From an uncultured Actinomycetes bacterium (GTDB lineage Bacteria > Actinomycetota > UBA4738 > HRBIN12), in the NCBI GenBank assembly GCA_963835415.1, contig CAWIFZ010000002.1, forward strand, positions 21,569 to 85,568: a stretch of 64,000 nt of DNA, given 5' to 3'. Below, piece after piece: positions 30,925 to 42,104 of this stretch (positions are counted from its first letter, which is position 1; each line of letters opens with the position of its first letter). The notes beneath the pieces were generated by a model, which was not told where the DNA came from, made no database searches, and saw only the letters and a list, made by a program, of their open reading frames with translations. The position numbers were made by a program, and so were the translations under genes.

Positions 30925-31379
30925 TCAGGCGGGGAGGCTGTCCGCGAACGCCGTGATGTGTTCCGCGTGCTCGTCGTAGTGCACGTACGTCTCCTCCGCG
31001 AACCACGTTCCGGCAACGTCGTCGATCTCACCGAGCTCGGCCAGCGCCGTCCTGACGCGCTCGCGGCCGGCGGCCGCACCGGTCGTGACGTCGTCCCACG
31101 CCATGGCCTTCGACGCATCGGCGATGTCCTGGTTCATCCGGTCCCAGTACGCATCGGACTCGGCCTCGAACGGATCCGACCAGTTCCCGCCGCGCATGAT
31201 CTCGAGATGCTCGCCGCAGAAGTCCGCCCATCGGGCGCAGTGCCACACCATGTCCTGGACCGACCAGTCGCCCACCACGCCTTCACGCGTGCGGTCACCG
31301 GCGGGCACGCGCTCGACGGCCGCCCACATCCGGCCCCACGCTTCCTCCTCGCGTGCGAGGAGGTCCTTCGTCTCGGCCA

Positions 31380-31380
<1 letters not shown>
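30925..31380 (-). CDS. DinB/YfiT-like four-helix-bundle protein
   Basis: 151 aa. ATG shares one base with the mmsA stop (TGATG). Conserved His positions (WSVQDMVWHCARWADF...HYDEHAEHI). Confidence 0.5.
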
Positions 31381-32870
<1,490 letters not shown>

Positions 32871-32945
32871 GTCTCACTCCCGTGATCGCTCGGGGAACCC
32901 CTGTCGAGGCGTCGAGCAGCCATGGTAGCCGAGGCCGGACGAGCG

Positions 32946-33935
32946 CTACTCGTGGGCGAAGTCCAGCCGCGGCACCTCCGAGCCCTGCACGACCGGATGG
33001 TTCGACAGGTGCTCGAGCAGCTCCCGGACGCTGGCCGTCGCGACGCACACCGTGGAGTCCGCCGCGCCGTAGTACATCCTGATCGTGTCGCCGTCGTCGC
33101 CCAGGATCCATCCGCACGGGAACACGACGTCGGGAACGTCGCCCGAGCGCTCGTAGATCGTCTGCGGGCCGAACACCCACTCGTTGCCCCGCGCGATCAC
33201 CTTCGTCGGGTCGTCGCGGTCCAGCAGGGCCAGGCCGAGCCGGTAGATCGACCCGGACACGGTCACCCGGACCCCGTGGTAGCAGAGCAACCATCCCTGG
33301 TCGGTCAGCAGCGGCGGAGGCCCCAGCCCGATCTTGTCGGCGTCCCACCATGCGCCCTTGCGCGCGGGCAGCAGGATCTGCGAGTCGCCCCAGTGACGCA
33401 GATCCGGGCTCCACGACAGCCACACGTGGGCACCGTGCTCGGAGCCTCTGGCCGCCGGGCGATGGATCAGCCCCCATCGACCGCCGAACTTCTGCGGGAA
33501 CAACGCTGCATCCTTGTCCTCGGGCGACTGGATCACGCCGCGGCGCTCGAACGTCCGGAAGTCGGTGGTCGTGGCGAGACAGACGAGCGGGCCCCCCGGT
33601 GAGTAGCCGGTGTAGACGATCAGGTAGCCGTCGTCCGTGCCGGTGATCCTGGGGTCCTCGACCCCCCACTGCTCCTCGAAACGGCCCAGATCCGGGGCGA
33701 TCCCGCGATCGATGTCGATCTGCCAATCCGTGAACCCGTCGTCGCTCGTAGCAACGACCAGCCGGGAGAGCCCGGTCCGGTCCTCGACCCGGATGAGGAG
33801 CAACGTTTGACCCTCGAACGACACCGCCGCCGGATTGAACGCCGCGTTGACCATCCGCGAGAAGTCGGCCGGTTTGATGATGGGGTTGCCGTCGAAACGG
33901 CTGAACAGCTCTCGGGGGTCGACCTCGTGCGACAT
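32946..33935 (-). CDS. GH130-family glycoside phosphorylase/hydrolase (beta-mannoside type)
   Basis: ATG at 33935 after GGAGGAAG. 5-bladed propeller motifs (FNPAAV, VEDPRIT, YLIVYTGY). Paralogous to the divergent gene at 34032. Confidence 0.7.
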   Translation of the reverse strand: MSHEVDPRELFSRFDGNPIIKPADFSRMVNAAFNPAAVSFEGQTLLLIRVEDRTGLSRLVVATSDDGFTDWQIDIDRGIAPDLGRFEEQWGVEDPRITGTDDGYLIVYTGYSPGGPLVCLATTTDFRTFERRGVIQSPEDKDAALFPQKFGGRWGLIHRPAARGSEHGAHVWLSWSPDLRHWGDSQILLPARKGAWWDADKIGLGPPPLLTDQGWLLCYHGVRVTVSGSIYRLGLALLDRDDPTKVIARGNEWVFGPQTIYERSGDVPDVVFPCGWILGDDGDTIRMYYGAADSTVCVATASVRELLEHLSNHPVVQGSEVPRLDFAHE

Positions 33936-34031
33936 GGGAGCTTCCTCCGATCCCTCAATCTGCGCCTCTTCCACTCCGATGGAAGAGTTACGGGTGATAC
34001 TCGCGCTCGCGGGTTATCCTCCCGCGCTGGT

Positions 34032-35033
34032 ATGCAGCAGCCAGAGACCTTCTCGCCGCTCGTCACCCGACTTTCCCACAGGCCGGTGGTCGAGGCACGG
34101 GCGGTCCCGGGCTACGACCCGATCTTCAACGCCGGGCTCCTGGTCCACGAGGGGACGTACCACTTGTTCGCCCGCGGCGTTCGCGACGGCTACCACCCGA
34201 ACCCCGGCGAGGGACCGCGCTTCCTGGACTACGTGTCGGACATCTTGGTCTTCACATCGACCGACGGCGTGAACTACTCGTTCGGATACGTGCTGGCCAC
34301 CTCCGGTGAGGACGGCGACCACGTGTTCGAGGACCCGCGGGTCCAGGTGGTCCGCAGCAACGGCGACTCCAAGGTCGTGATGACCTACACGAACCTTCCC
34401 CCCGCATGGACGGGACTGCCGTGGAGGATCGGGGTCCATCGCTTGGTCTTCGATGACGGCCGCTTCCATCTGGACGGATCGAGCGCCCGTGTCATCGGAC
34501 CGGAACACATCGGGAACAAGGACGCCGTCGTCTTCAACCTCGCGGACGGACGTGTCGCGCTGATGCACCGCATCCACCCCAACATCCAGATGGCCGTCTT
34601 CGACTCGCTCGACGCGATGTGGCATGGCGACGCTGCGTATTGGAACGATCACTTGGAGCATCTCGACACGCACACGATCCTCTCCCCGACACCGGGCGCG
34701 TTGAGCGTGGGCGCGGGCGCTCCCCCCATCCCGACGTCGGACGGACTGCTGCTCTTCTTCCACGAGCGTCGGGGAGACGGTTCCTACACCGTGAACGTCG
34801 CGCTGCTCGACGCGGCGACGGGGCGCATGATCTCGAAGCTCCCCGACCCGTTGCTCGAACCCGAGCTTCCGTGGGAGCGTGCCGGCGACGTCGACAACGT
34901 GGTGTTCGTCCAGGGCGCGCATCGGCGGGAGGACGGCGTGATCTACTTCACGTACGGAGCGGCGGACCGATGCGTCGGCGCCGCGATGGTCCAGGAGGAT
35001 CAGCTGCTGGCCGCGCTCCACGCCGCTCGCTGA
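34032..35033 (+). CDS. GH130-family glycoside phosphorylase/hydrolase, second copy
   Basis: FNAGLLVHEGTYHLFAR...VFEDPRV...MTYTN. Divergent from 32946..33935 with a ~96-bp shared promoter region. The ORF-track upstream extension (33807) has no homology. Confidence 0.7.
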   Translation: MQQPETFSPLVTRLSHRPVVEARAVPGYDPIFNAGLLVHEGTYHLFARGVRDGYHPNPGEGPRFLDYVSDILVFTSTDGVNYSFGYVLATSGEDGDHVFEDPRVQVVRSNGDSKVVMTYTNLPPAWTGLPWRIGVHRLVFDDGRFHLDGSSARVIGPEHIGNKDAVVFNLADGRVALMHRIHPNIQMAVFDSLDAMWHGDAAYWNDHLEHLDTHTILSPTPGALSVGAGAPPIPTSDGLLLFFHERRGDGSYTVNVALLDAATGRMISKLPDPLLEPELPWERAGDVDNVVFVQGAHRREDGVIYFTYGAADRCVGAAMVQEDQLLAALHAAR

Positions 35034-36043
35034 ACCGCCGAGCCACGCTCCAACATCCGCGCGTGCTGCATCGTGGAGACGAACGCGATCGTCGATTCGG
35101 CGCCCTGGTTCTGGTTGACCCCGTCCACCTCCAGCCCGTCGAAGCCCCCGCCCGTCTCCGGATCGAACATCGCGACCTCCACGTCGTTCTCCCCGTCGAA
35201 CCATCCGGCGCACGAGCGGAGCGCCGCCAGCCACGAGTCGTCGTGCGTGACGGCGAACGCGCGAGCGCAGGCATCGGCGAGCGCACCCGCCTCGATCGGT
35301 TGCTGATCGAACGCCGGACGCGCGTCGTCGGGGCCGCGGCCGGCGGCCGGCGCGAAGCTGAAGTGATCGCCGAGCGTCTCTTCGGCGACCAGCCATCGCA
35401 GCAGCCGGAGGCCCTCGTCCACCACGTCGTCGTCGCCGATCGCGTGGCCGCCGGCGATCAGCGCCTCGGGCAGCAGCGCGTTCCCGTACGCGAGCCGGGG
35501 CTCCGGCCACGGCCAGCGGGCGTCGTCGGTTCCGCGGGGCAGCGAGGCGAGCCCGTCCTCCACGAGTGACCGCGCGGATACGCAAGCCGCGTCGGCGACG
35601 GTGAGCTCGGCCGCGCCCACCACGGCGTGTGCCGTCGCGCGCGGGTAGACGGAACGGAACGGGGCCACGAGCTCGAAGAGACGGCGAGCCTCGCGACCGA
35701 TGTGGGTCCAAGGCGCGATCGCGGCGGCGACGCCGATGCCGAAGATCGCTCGGCCACAGGCATCGTCAGAGGACGGGTCGTCCGTCCATCGCCGATCGAA
35801 CCCCATCCGCAGGCGGAACCTGCCGTCGCCGTCGTGCGCCTGCACCAGGAACGCGAGCCATCGTTCGGCGAGCTCCTCGGCGACCGCGTCCTCCGACCGA
35901 ACGGCGACCGCCAGACCTCGGCCGGCGTCGTCGGTGCAGTAACCGAGCGCTCGATGGGGCAGCGAACCGATCGCATGTTCGAACAGGCTGGTGTCGTCCG
36001 TCATGCGCTGCAGATGTCGGAGCGTTGGCTCCGGCAGGGTCAT
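35000..36043 (-). CDS. Hypothetical protein, possibly (alpha/alpha)6 glycosidase-like, translationally coupled to GT4
   Basis: ATG at 36043 overlaps the GT4 stop (ATGA). Conserved-looking residues across 347 aa (GYCTDD, RWPWPEPRLAYGNALLPEAL, NQNQGAEST). No confident family call. Confidence 0.5.
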   Translation of the reverse strand: MTLPEPTLRHLQRMTDDTSLFEHAIGSLPHRALGYCTDDAGRGLAVAVRSEDAVAEELAERWLAFLVQAHDGDGRFRLRMGFDRRWTDDPSSDDACGRAIFGIGVAAAIAPWTHIGREARRLFELVAPFRSVYPRATAHAVVGAAELTVADAACVSARSLVEDGLASLPRGTDDARWPWPEPRLAYGNALLPEALIAGGHAIGDDDVVDEGLRLLRWLVAEETLGDHFSFAPAAGRGPDDARPAFDQQPIEAGALADACARAFAVTHDDSWLAALRSCAGWFDGENDVEVAMFDPETGGGFDGLEVDGVNQNQGAESTIAFVSTMQHARMLERGSAVQRAAWSAASS

Positions 36044-37161
36044 GCGGCCGCTTCCCGCTCCGCCAACACTCGGTGTGCCAGTCGGAGGTATTCCTGACCG
36101 ATCGCCGGCCACGCGAGCCGTTCGGCCTCACGCTCGGCCTGGCCGCGCATGGATCCGGCCAACGCGTCGTCCGTGAGCAGACGCCTGAGCGCCTTCGAGA
36201 TGGATTCGGGATCCTCGTGCGGAACCACGATGCCGCAGGCGATCGCGAGCTGTTCGATCGCATGCGGGAAGGCGGTCGCGACCACGGGCTTGCCCGCCGC
36301 GATCGCCTCGACCAGGACGCCCGAGCTGATCTGCTCGCGTGAGTCGTACGGCAACAGCACCACGTCGGCACTCCGGATCAGGGAGCGCAGGGACGGCGTG
36401 TCGAGGTAGCGGTCCTCGAACACGACGCGGTCGCTCACGCCCTGCTCGGCCGCCAGACGGCGGAGCCCGTCGCGGTAGCGCTCACCTTGGCGGAGCAACA
36501 CCTTGGGGTGCGTCTGTCCCGCGACCACGTACACCGGCGCGGGATCCAGGTCGCTCAGGTACGCCATGGACCCGATCCCGTACTCCAATCCCTTGCCGGG
36601 ACCGATCAGCCCCCACGTCAGGACGACCGGCTCGGCACGATGGATGATGCGCGGCCCTTCGATGTTCGGCGGCGCCCCGTGGGCGACGACGACGACGCTG
36701 TCGGGTGGGACATCGTGGACGGCGATCAATCGGCGTCGCGCGGCGTCGGTCATGGTGACCAGCACGTCGGCGGCCTCCATCAATTCCTCCAACACCAAGC
36801 GCTGATGCGGTGAAGGTTCGGAAAGCACCGTGTGCAGCACGACGATGACGGGGATCGGAGACGCGCGAACGAATCCGACGACGTCTTCGCCGTCCTCGCC
36901 GCCGTAGATGCCGTACTCGTGCTGCAGGATGGCGACGTCGTAGTCCTTCATCTCGGCGAGCGCGGCGTTCCGCGAGACGCGATCGCCCCAGTACCACTCG
37001 GCCACGACCTCGGGCTGGTTCGGGGGCTCCGGCTCCTCGAGCACCCGGATCACCGCGCTGTTCGGAGGCGCCATGGCGTTGCGCAGCGACTGCCCGAACG
37101 TGGCCAGGCCGCAGTGAGTAGGCGGGTAGGTGCCCACGAAACAGATGCTGAGCGGATCCAT
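36040..37161 (-). CDS. GT4-family glycosyltransferase
   Basis: ATG at 37161 after GGAGGAGCGAGAC. GT-B fold with the E-x7-E region ...GVLVEAIAAGKPVVATAF. Confidence 0.8.
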   Translation of the reverse strand: MDPLSICFVGTYPPTHCGLATFGQSLRNAMAPPNSAVIRVLEEPEPPNQPEVVAEWYWGDRVSRNAALAEMKDYDVAILQHEYGIYGGEDGEDVVGFVRASPIPVIVVLHTVLSEPSPHQRLVLEELMEAADVLVTMTDAARRRLIAVHDVPPDSVVVVAHGAPPNIEGPRIIHRAEPVVLTWGLIGPGKGLEYGIGSMAYLSDLDPAPVYVVAGQTHPKVLLRQGERYRDGLRRLAAEQGVSDRVVFEDRYLDTPSLRSLIRSADVVLLPYDSREQISSGVLVEAIAAGKPVVATAFPHAIEQLAIACGIVVPHEDPESISKALRRLLTDDALAGSMRGQAEREAERLAWPAIGQEYLRLAHRVLAEREAAA

Positions 37162-37445
37162 GTCTCGCTCCTCCGTCGTTCCCTCGTCCACGGTCTCATC
37201 CATCTATGAACGGCCGGTGTCCGGCCCGTTCCGATCATGTGTCCGTCGTCCTGGTCCCGCGAGGTACCCACGCTCGACGTGTCCCACACGCCGCGGGCGG
37301 TCCCCGCTTCCCTCAGGAGCCCCGGTAACACCGATCCGATGGACCCGTTTGCATCGGAGGCGGTCGGGCGGCCTTCTCCGTGGTGAACGACCATGGTACC
37401 GCGTCCGCAGAACGGCGTGAACGGGGTCCGGATACGGCCGGCAGG

Positions 37446-38624
37446 TCAGCCGAGCAGGCCGAGGACGCCGCGCTTCGCCAGCTGGTCGGCCACGATGTTC
37501 CGCTGGATCTCGGACGTGCCCTCCCAGATCCGGTCGACGCGCAGCTCGCGCCAGAAGCGCTCGGCGACGTTCTCGCGCATGTACCCACGACCGCCGAAGA
37601 TCTGCACGGCGCGATCCGCCACGCGCCCCGCCATCTCGCTCGCGTAGAGCTTGGCCATGGAGCACTGCGTGTGCTGCAGCTTCACGTCGAGCCCGGCGTC
37701 GATGTTCTCGGCGAGGCGATACGTCATGAGCCGCGCGGCCCAAAGCTCGGTCAGCGAGTCCGCGAGCATGTGCGCGATCGCCTGGTTCTCGATGATCGCC
37801 CTGCCGAACTGCACGCGCTCCTTGGCGAACGCGGTCGCCTCTTCGACGAGCCGCTCCGCCGCGCCGCAGCACCGGGCGGCGATCATCAACCGCTCGTAGC
37901 GGAACCACTCGTACGTGAACGCGAGCCCGTCCCCCTCGCTGCCGATCAGGTTCGACGCGGGGACACGCACGTCCTCGAACGCCACGATCGCGTGCTGGTC
38001 GGCGTACGTATGGGAGTAGCGCGGCACCCGCACGACCCGGATGCCCGGCGTGTCGTGATCGACGAACAGCATGGCGTGCTCGCCGGCGTGCTCGCCCTCG
38101 GCGATCTTCCCCTGGAAGAGGATGTAGTTGGCGGTGTTGAACGACGTCACGTGCATCTTCACGCCGTTCAAGACGTAGTCGTCGCCATCGCGACGGACGG
38201 TGGAGGCGATCGCATCGACGTCGGAGCCTGCGCCCTCCTCCGTGATCGCGTAGCACTCGTGTCGCTCTCCACGCACGGAAGGCTCGATCCATCGCGTCAT
38301 CTGCTCCGGCGTGACGACCGCGGGCGCCCACGCGGGCGGCGTGTGCACGCACCAGCCGAGCGCGTTCGTGACGCGGCCGAGTTGCTCCGACACCAGGGTC
38401 TGCTGCAGCATCGTCATCCCGCCGCCGCCGATGTCTTCCGGCATGTTCATGCCGGAGAACCCGAGCTCGATCGCCATGCGGCGGTGTCGCTCCCGCGTGT
38501 CCTCCGGGAGCAGGCCCTCGTGCTCCTCCGCGTGGACCTCCCATGGGATCAACTCGTCGTCGACGAACCGCCGAGCACGATCGGCGATCGCGCGGTCGTC
38601 TTCGGACAGGGGGTAGCTGCTCAC
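37446..38624 (-). CDS. Acyl-CoA dehydrogenase (second copy)
   Basis: 392 aa. YAITEEGAGSD, QIFGGRGYMRE, WEGTSEIQR. Paralog of 18367..19560. Confidence 0.85.
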   Translation of the reverse strand: MSSYPLSEDDRAIADRARRFVDDELIPWEVHAEEHEGLLPEDTRERHRRMAIELGFSGMNMPEDIGGGGMTMLQQTLVSEQLGRVTNALGWCVHTPPAWAPAVVTPEQMTRWIEPSVRGERHECYAITEEGAGSDVDAIASTVRRDGDDYVLNGVKMHVTSFNTANYILFQGKIAEGEHAGEHAMLFVDHDTPGIRVVRVPRYSHTYADQHAIVAFEDVRVPASNLIGSEGDGLAFTYEWFRYERLMIAARCCGAAERLVEEATAFAKERVQFGRAIIENQAIAHMLADSLTELWAARLMTYRLAENIDAGLDVKLQHTQCSMAKLYASEMAGRVADRAVQIFGGRGYMRENVAERFWRELRVDRIWEGTSEIQRNIVADQLAKRGVLGLLG

Positions 38625-38702
38625 GGCCGCAGCATAGCGTGCGGACTGAACGACCGTTCAGGATGCGCTCGGCTGCGCTTCGCCGAGCGGACGGTCAACG
38701 GC

Positions 38703-39743
38703 TCAGCTGATGAACTCCAACCGATCGCGGTGAGCCGCGAGGCGTTCCCGCGTCTCGGCGTCGACCTGGTGATCGCGCTCGGGCTCGTCCACGTCGGGAC
38801 GTTCGCCGTACAGCTCGCCGGAGAGGTAGCGCTGCCCCGTGTCGGCGATGACGGTCACGATCCGATGGAACTCCGGGTGCTTGGCCGCCACCTTCAACGC
38901 CGAGACCACGTTCATGCCCGACGACGGGCCGCAGAGCAATCCTTCCTCACGCGCGAGACGCCCGGCCATGTCCAACGCCTCCGACGTGGAGGTCGTCACG
39001 ATGCCGTCCATCAACGACAGGTCGAGGTTGCGCGGGATGATCCCGTCGCCGATACCGGGGACGCCGTGCGTGCCCCACCGCTCCTCGGAGATGAGCGGGC
39101 ACTCGGCCGGCTCGGCCGCGTAGACACGGACCGCAGGGTCGTGGGCCTTCAGCGCCTGCGCCACGCCGCTGATCCATCCGCCCGTCCCCTGGGCCGCGAC
39201 GACGGCATGCACCGCACCGCCGGTTTGCTCCCAGATCTCCTCGCCGGACACGCGTTGCGCCGCGGGGTTGTCGGCGTTCTCGAACTCCGCCGGCACGAAG
39301 TAACGGCCGGGCTGGGCCGCCACCATCTCGCGCATCCTCGCCATCGCGAGATCGATGTCGGTCCCGGCCCCGGGGGTCAGCACGAGCGTCGCTCCGTAGC
39401 TGTGGATCATCTTCCTGCGCTCCTCGCTCATGCCCTCGGGCATGACGATCACGCACGCGTAGCCCTTGATCGCCGCGACGGCGGCGCATGCGATGCCGGC
39501 GTTGCCCGTCGTGCACTCGATGATCGTCATCCCCGGCTGGAGATCCCCGCGCTCCTCTGCCTTCGCCAGCATGTGCTCGTAGATCCGGTCCTTCACCGAG
39601 CCGGTCGGTCCGTACCACTCGACCTTCGCCAACAGCTCGACGTCGTCGGGTGCGACGCGGCGGAGCCGCACGAGCGGGGTGCGGCCGATCGCCTCCAGCA
39701 ACGTGTCGGCGGGCCGCCGGTTCGTGTCCCACCCGATCGACAT
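38703..39743 (-). CDS. PLP-dependent cysteine-synthase/CBS-family (fold-type II) enzyme
   Basis: ATG at 39743 after GGGAGAGGGAG. PLP-lysine region GPTGSVKDRI. Gly-rich loop TTGNAGIA. About 40-aa C-terminal extension. The ORF-track upstream extension is an Arg-rich run-on. Confidence 0.75.
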   Translation of the reverse strand: MSIGWDTNRRPADTLLEAIGRTPLVRLRRVAPDDVELLAKVEWYGPTGSVKDRIYEHMLAKAEERGDLQPGMTIIECTTGNAGIACAAVAAIKGYACVIVMPEGMSEERRKMIHSYGATLVLTPGAGTDIDLAMARMREMVAAQPGRYFVPAEFENADNPAAQRVSGEEIWEQTGGAVHAVVAAQGTGGWISGVAQALKAHDPAVRVYAAEPAECPLISEERWGTHGVPGIGDGIIPRNLDLSLMDGIVTTSTSEALDMAGRLAREEGLLCGPSSGMNVVSALKVAAKHPEFHRIVTVIADTGQRYLSGELYGERPDVDEPERDHQVDAETRERLAAHRDRLEFIS

Positions 39744-39769
39744 CTGCGCTCCCTCTCCCGCGTCCGGCC

Positions 39770-40558
39770 TCAGCCGGCCGCCGTCCGACCGCGTTCCACG
39801 TATCCGAGACGGCGCGAGACCGCACCCGCCGCCTCCATGGTGAGCCGCGCGATCCGCGGCAGGTCCACCGGGCGCATCCGGAACGCGGGTCCGGACACGG
39901 ACAGGGCGGCGACCACCTGACCATCGGCGCCGCGGACCGGCGCGGCGACCGCGTTCAATCCCTCTTCCAGCTCCTCGAGCGTCTGCGCGTACCCGCGGAC
40001 GCGGATGTCGCGGAGCTGCGCGACCAGGGCCGCGACGTCGACGATCGTGGACGCCGTCGGACGTTCGAGCGGGCGCGCGAGCAAGCGGTCGCGTTCGTCG
40101 TCGGGCATGTTGGCCAGCAGCACCTTGCCGTTGGACGAGCAGTGCAGCGGCGTACTGCGACCGACCCAGCTGACGCTGACGATCGCGCGTGTCCCCGAGA
40201 TCTGATCGACGTACACGACCGCGTCGCCCGAGAGGACGCCGAGGTTCACGGTCTCGCGCGTGCGCTCGGCGAGGTCCTCCAGGATGGGGTGCGCCGTGCG
40301 GACCAGGTCGAGTCCCGCCATGGCCGCGCCGGCCAGGCGGATCAGGCCGAAGCCGAGCCGGTACTTCTCGGTCACGGGATCGCGCTCCAGCAGGCCTCGT
40401 TCCGCGAGCGTGGCGATCAATCGGGAGGCGGTCGCCTTGTGGACGTCGAGCGCGCGACCGAGCTCGGTGACCCCGAGTGAACCCGCTTCCGCGATCAGCT
40501 CCAGCGCCCGGATCGCCCTGGAGACCGACTGCAGATTGGCCGTACCGTCGTCTCGCAT
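39770..40558 (-). CDS. IclR-family transcriptional regulator
   Basis: ATG at 40558. N-terminal wHTH ([39 protein letters not shown]). C-terminal IclR effector domain. Divergent from soxB. Confidence 0.8.
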   Translation of the reverse strand: MRDDGTANLQSVSRAIRALELIAEAGSLGVTELGRALDVHKATASRLIATLAERGLLERDPVTEKYRLGFGLIRLAGAAMAGLDLVRTAHPILEDLAERTRETVNLGVLSGDAVVYVDQISGTRAIVSVSWVGRSTPLHCSSNGKVLLANMPDDERDRLLARPLERPTASTIVDVAALVAQLRDIRVRGYAQTLEELEEGLNAVAAPVRGADGQVVAALSVSGPAFRMRPVDLPRIARLTMEAAGAVSRRLGYVERGRTAAG

Positions 40559-40585
40559 GACGCAACACCTTCCGCTCAGTGCAAC

Positions 40586-41842
40586 GTGGAGGGACCGTAT
40601 GCTTACGCCTCGACGGCTGTCAAGGCGGACTGGATGAGCGGAGAACCGGCGAGGTACTGGCGGGCGGCCGAGCCCAAGTCCAGCTACGACGTGGTCGTGG
40701 TCGGGGCCGGCGGACACGGTCTGGCCACCGCCTACTACTTGGCGCAGAACCACGGCATCACCGACGTCGCCGTCATCGAGAAGGGCTGGCTGGGCGGCGG
40801 CAACATGGCCAGGAACACCACGGTGATCCGCTCGAACTACCTCTGGGATGAGAGCGCGGCGATCTACGAGCACTCGCTCAAGCTGTGGGAGGGGCTCGAG
40901 GAGGCACTGGACTTCGACATCCAGTTCAGCCAGCGCGGCGTGCTGAACCTGGCGCACGATCTGGGCGACGTCCGGACGTCGATGCGGCGCGTGCACGCGA
41001 ACCGGCTGAACGGCGTCGACGCGGAGTGGCTCGATCCATCACAGGTCAAGGAGTTCTGTCCGATCGTGAACGTCTCGCCGGACGCGCGCTATCCGGTGCT
41101 GGGGGCGACGCTGCAGCGGCGGGGCGGCGTGGCCCGCCACGACAAGGTGGCGTGGGCGTTCGCTCGCGGAGCGGATCGCCACGGCGTTGACATCGTGGAG
41201 CACTGCGAGGTCACGGGATTCGTGCGCGGCGACGGCGGTCGCGTGGCGGGCGTCGAGACGACGCGCGGCACGATCCACGCGAACACGGTCGCGCTGGCCG
41301 CGGCCGGCCACACGTCGGTGCTGGCCTCGATGGCAGGGCTGCGGTTGCCGTTGCAGAGCCACCCACTGCAGGCCTTGGTCTCGGTCCTGCTGGAACCGGT
41401 GCTCGGATGCGTCGTGATGTCCAACGCCGTTCACGTGTACGTCTCGCAGGCCGACAAGGGCGAGCTCGTGATGGGGGCGGGCATCGATGCGCACAACTCC
41501 TACACACAGCGCGGCGCGTTCCACATCATCGAACACCAGATGGCAGCGGCGATCGAGCTGTTCCCGATCTTCGCGCACGCCCGGTTGCTACGGACGTGGG
41601 GGGGCATCGTCGACGTGTGCCCAGACGCGTCGCCGATCATCGGGCTCACGCCCGTCGACGGCCTGCTCATCAACTGCGGATGGGGCACGGGCGGCTTCAA
41701 GGCGACGCCGGGCTCCGGATGGGTCTACGCCGACACGATCGCGAACGGCCGACCGCATCCTCTCGCCGAACCCTATGCGCTGGAACGGTTCACGACCGGG
41801 GCGCTGATCGACGAGCACGGCGCCGCCGCGGTGGCGCACTGA
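40586..41842 (+). CDS. soxB: Sarcosine oxidase subunit beta
   Basis: [18 protein letters not shown]. Heterotetrameric SoxB family. An alternative start at 40634 is possible. Confidence 0.85.
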   Translation: MEGPYAYASTAVKADWMSGEPARYWRAAEPKSSYDVVVVGAGGHGLATAYYLAQNHGITDVAVIEKGWLGGGNMARNTTVIRSNYLWDESAAIYEHSLKLWEGLEEALDFDIQFSQRGVLNLAHDLGDVRTSMRRVHANRLNGVDAEWLDPSQVKEFCPIVNVSPDARYPVLGATLQRRGGVARHDKVAWAFARGADRHGVDIVEHCEVTGFVRGDGGRVAGVETTRGTIHANTVALAAAGHTSVLASMAGLRLPLQSHPLQALVSVLLEPVLGCVVMSNAVHVYVSQADKGELVMGAGIDAHNSYTQRGAFHIIEHQMAAAIELFPIFAHARLLRTWGGIVDVCPDASPIIGLTPVDGLLINCGWGTGGFKATPGSGWVYADTIANGRPHPLAEPYALERFTTGALIDEHGAAAVAH

Positions 41843-41852
41843 GGATGCCGAG

Positions 41853-42104
41853 ATGTTGCTGATCCCCTGCCCCTGGTGCGGTCCGCGCGACGAGGCCGAG
41901 TTCCGGTACGGCGGCCAGGCCGGTCTGTCGTATCCGAGCGACCCCGAGGCGCTCTCCGACGAGCAGTGGGGCGACTACCTGTTCATGCGGGACAACCCGA
42001 AGGGCGACTTCGCGGAGCGGTGGATGCATGCAGCCGGGTGCCGGCGGTGGTTCGACGTCGTCCGCGACACATCGACGGACGAGATCCGCGGCGGGTCGGG
42101 ATGA
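41853..42104 (+). CDS. soxD: Sarcosine oxidase subunit delta
   Basis: 83 aa. CPWCGPRDEAEFRYGG zinc-ribbon-like motif typical of SoxD. Stop overlaps the soxA ATG (ATGA). Confidence 0.85.
   Translation: MLLIPCPWCGPRDEAEFRYGGQAGLSYPSDPEALSDEQWGDYLFMRDNPKGDFAERWMHAAGCRRWFDVVRDTSTDEIRGGSG

Noticed and set aside
37380-39920. 846-aa plus ORF spanning the ACAD and cysteine-synthase-like genes
   Set aside because: Antisense to two minus-strand genes with strong family signatures and RBS-supported starts.
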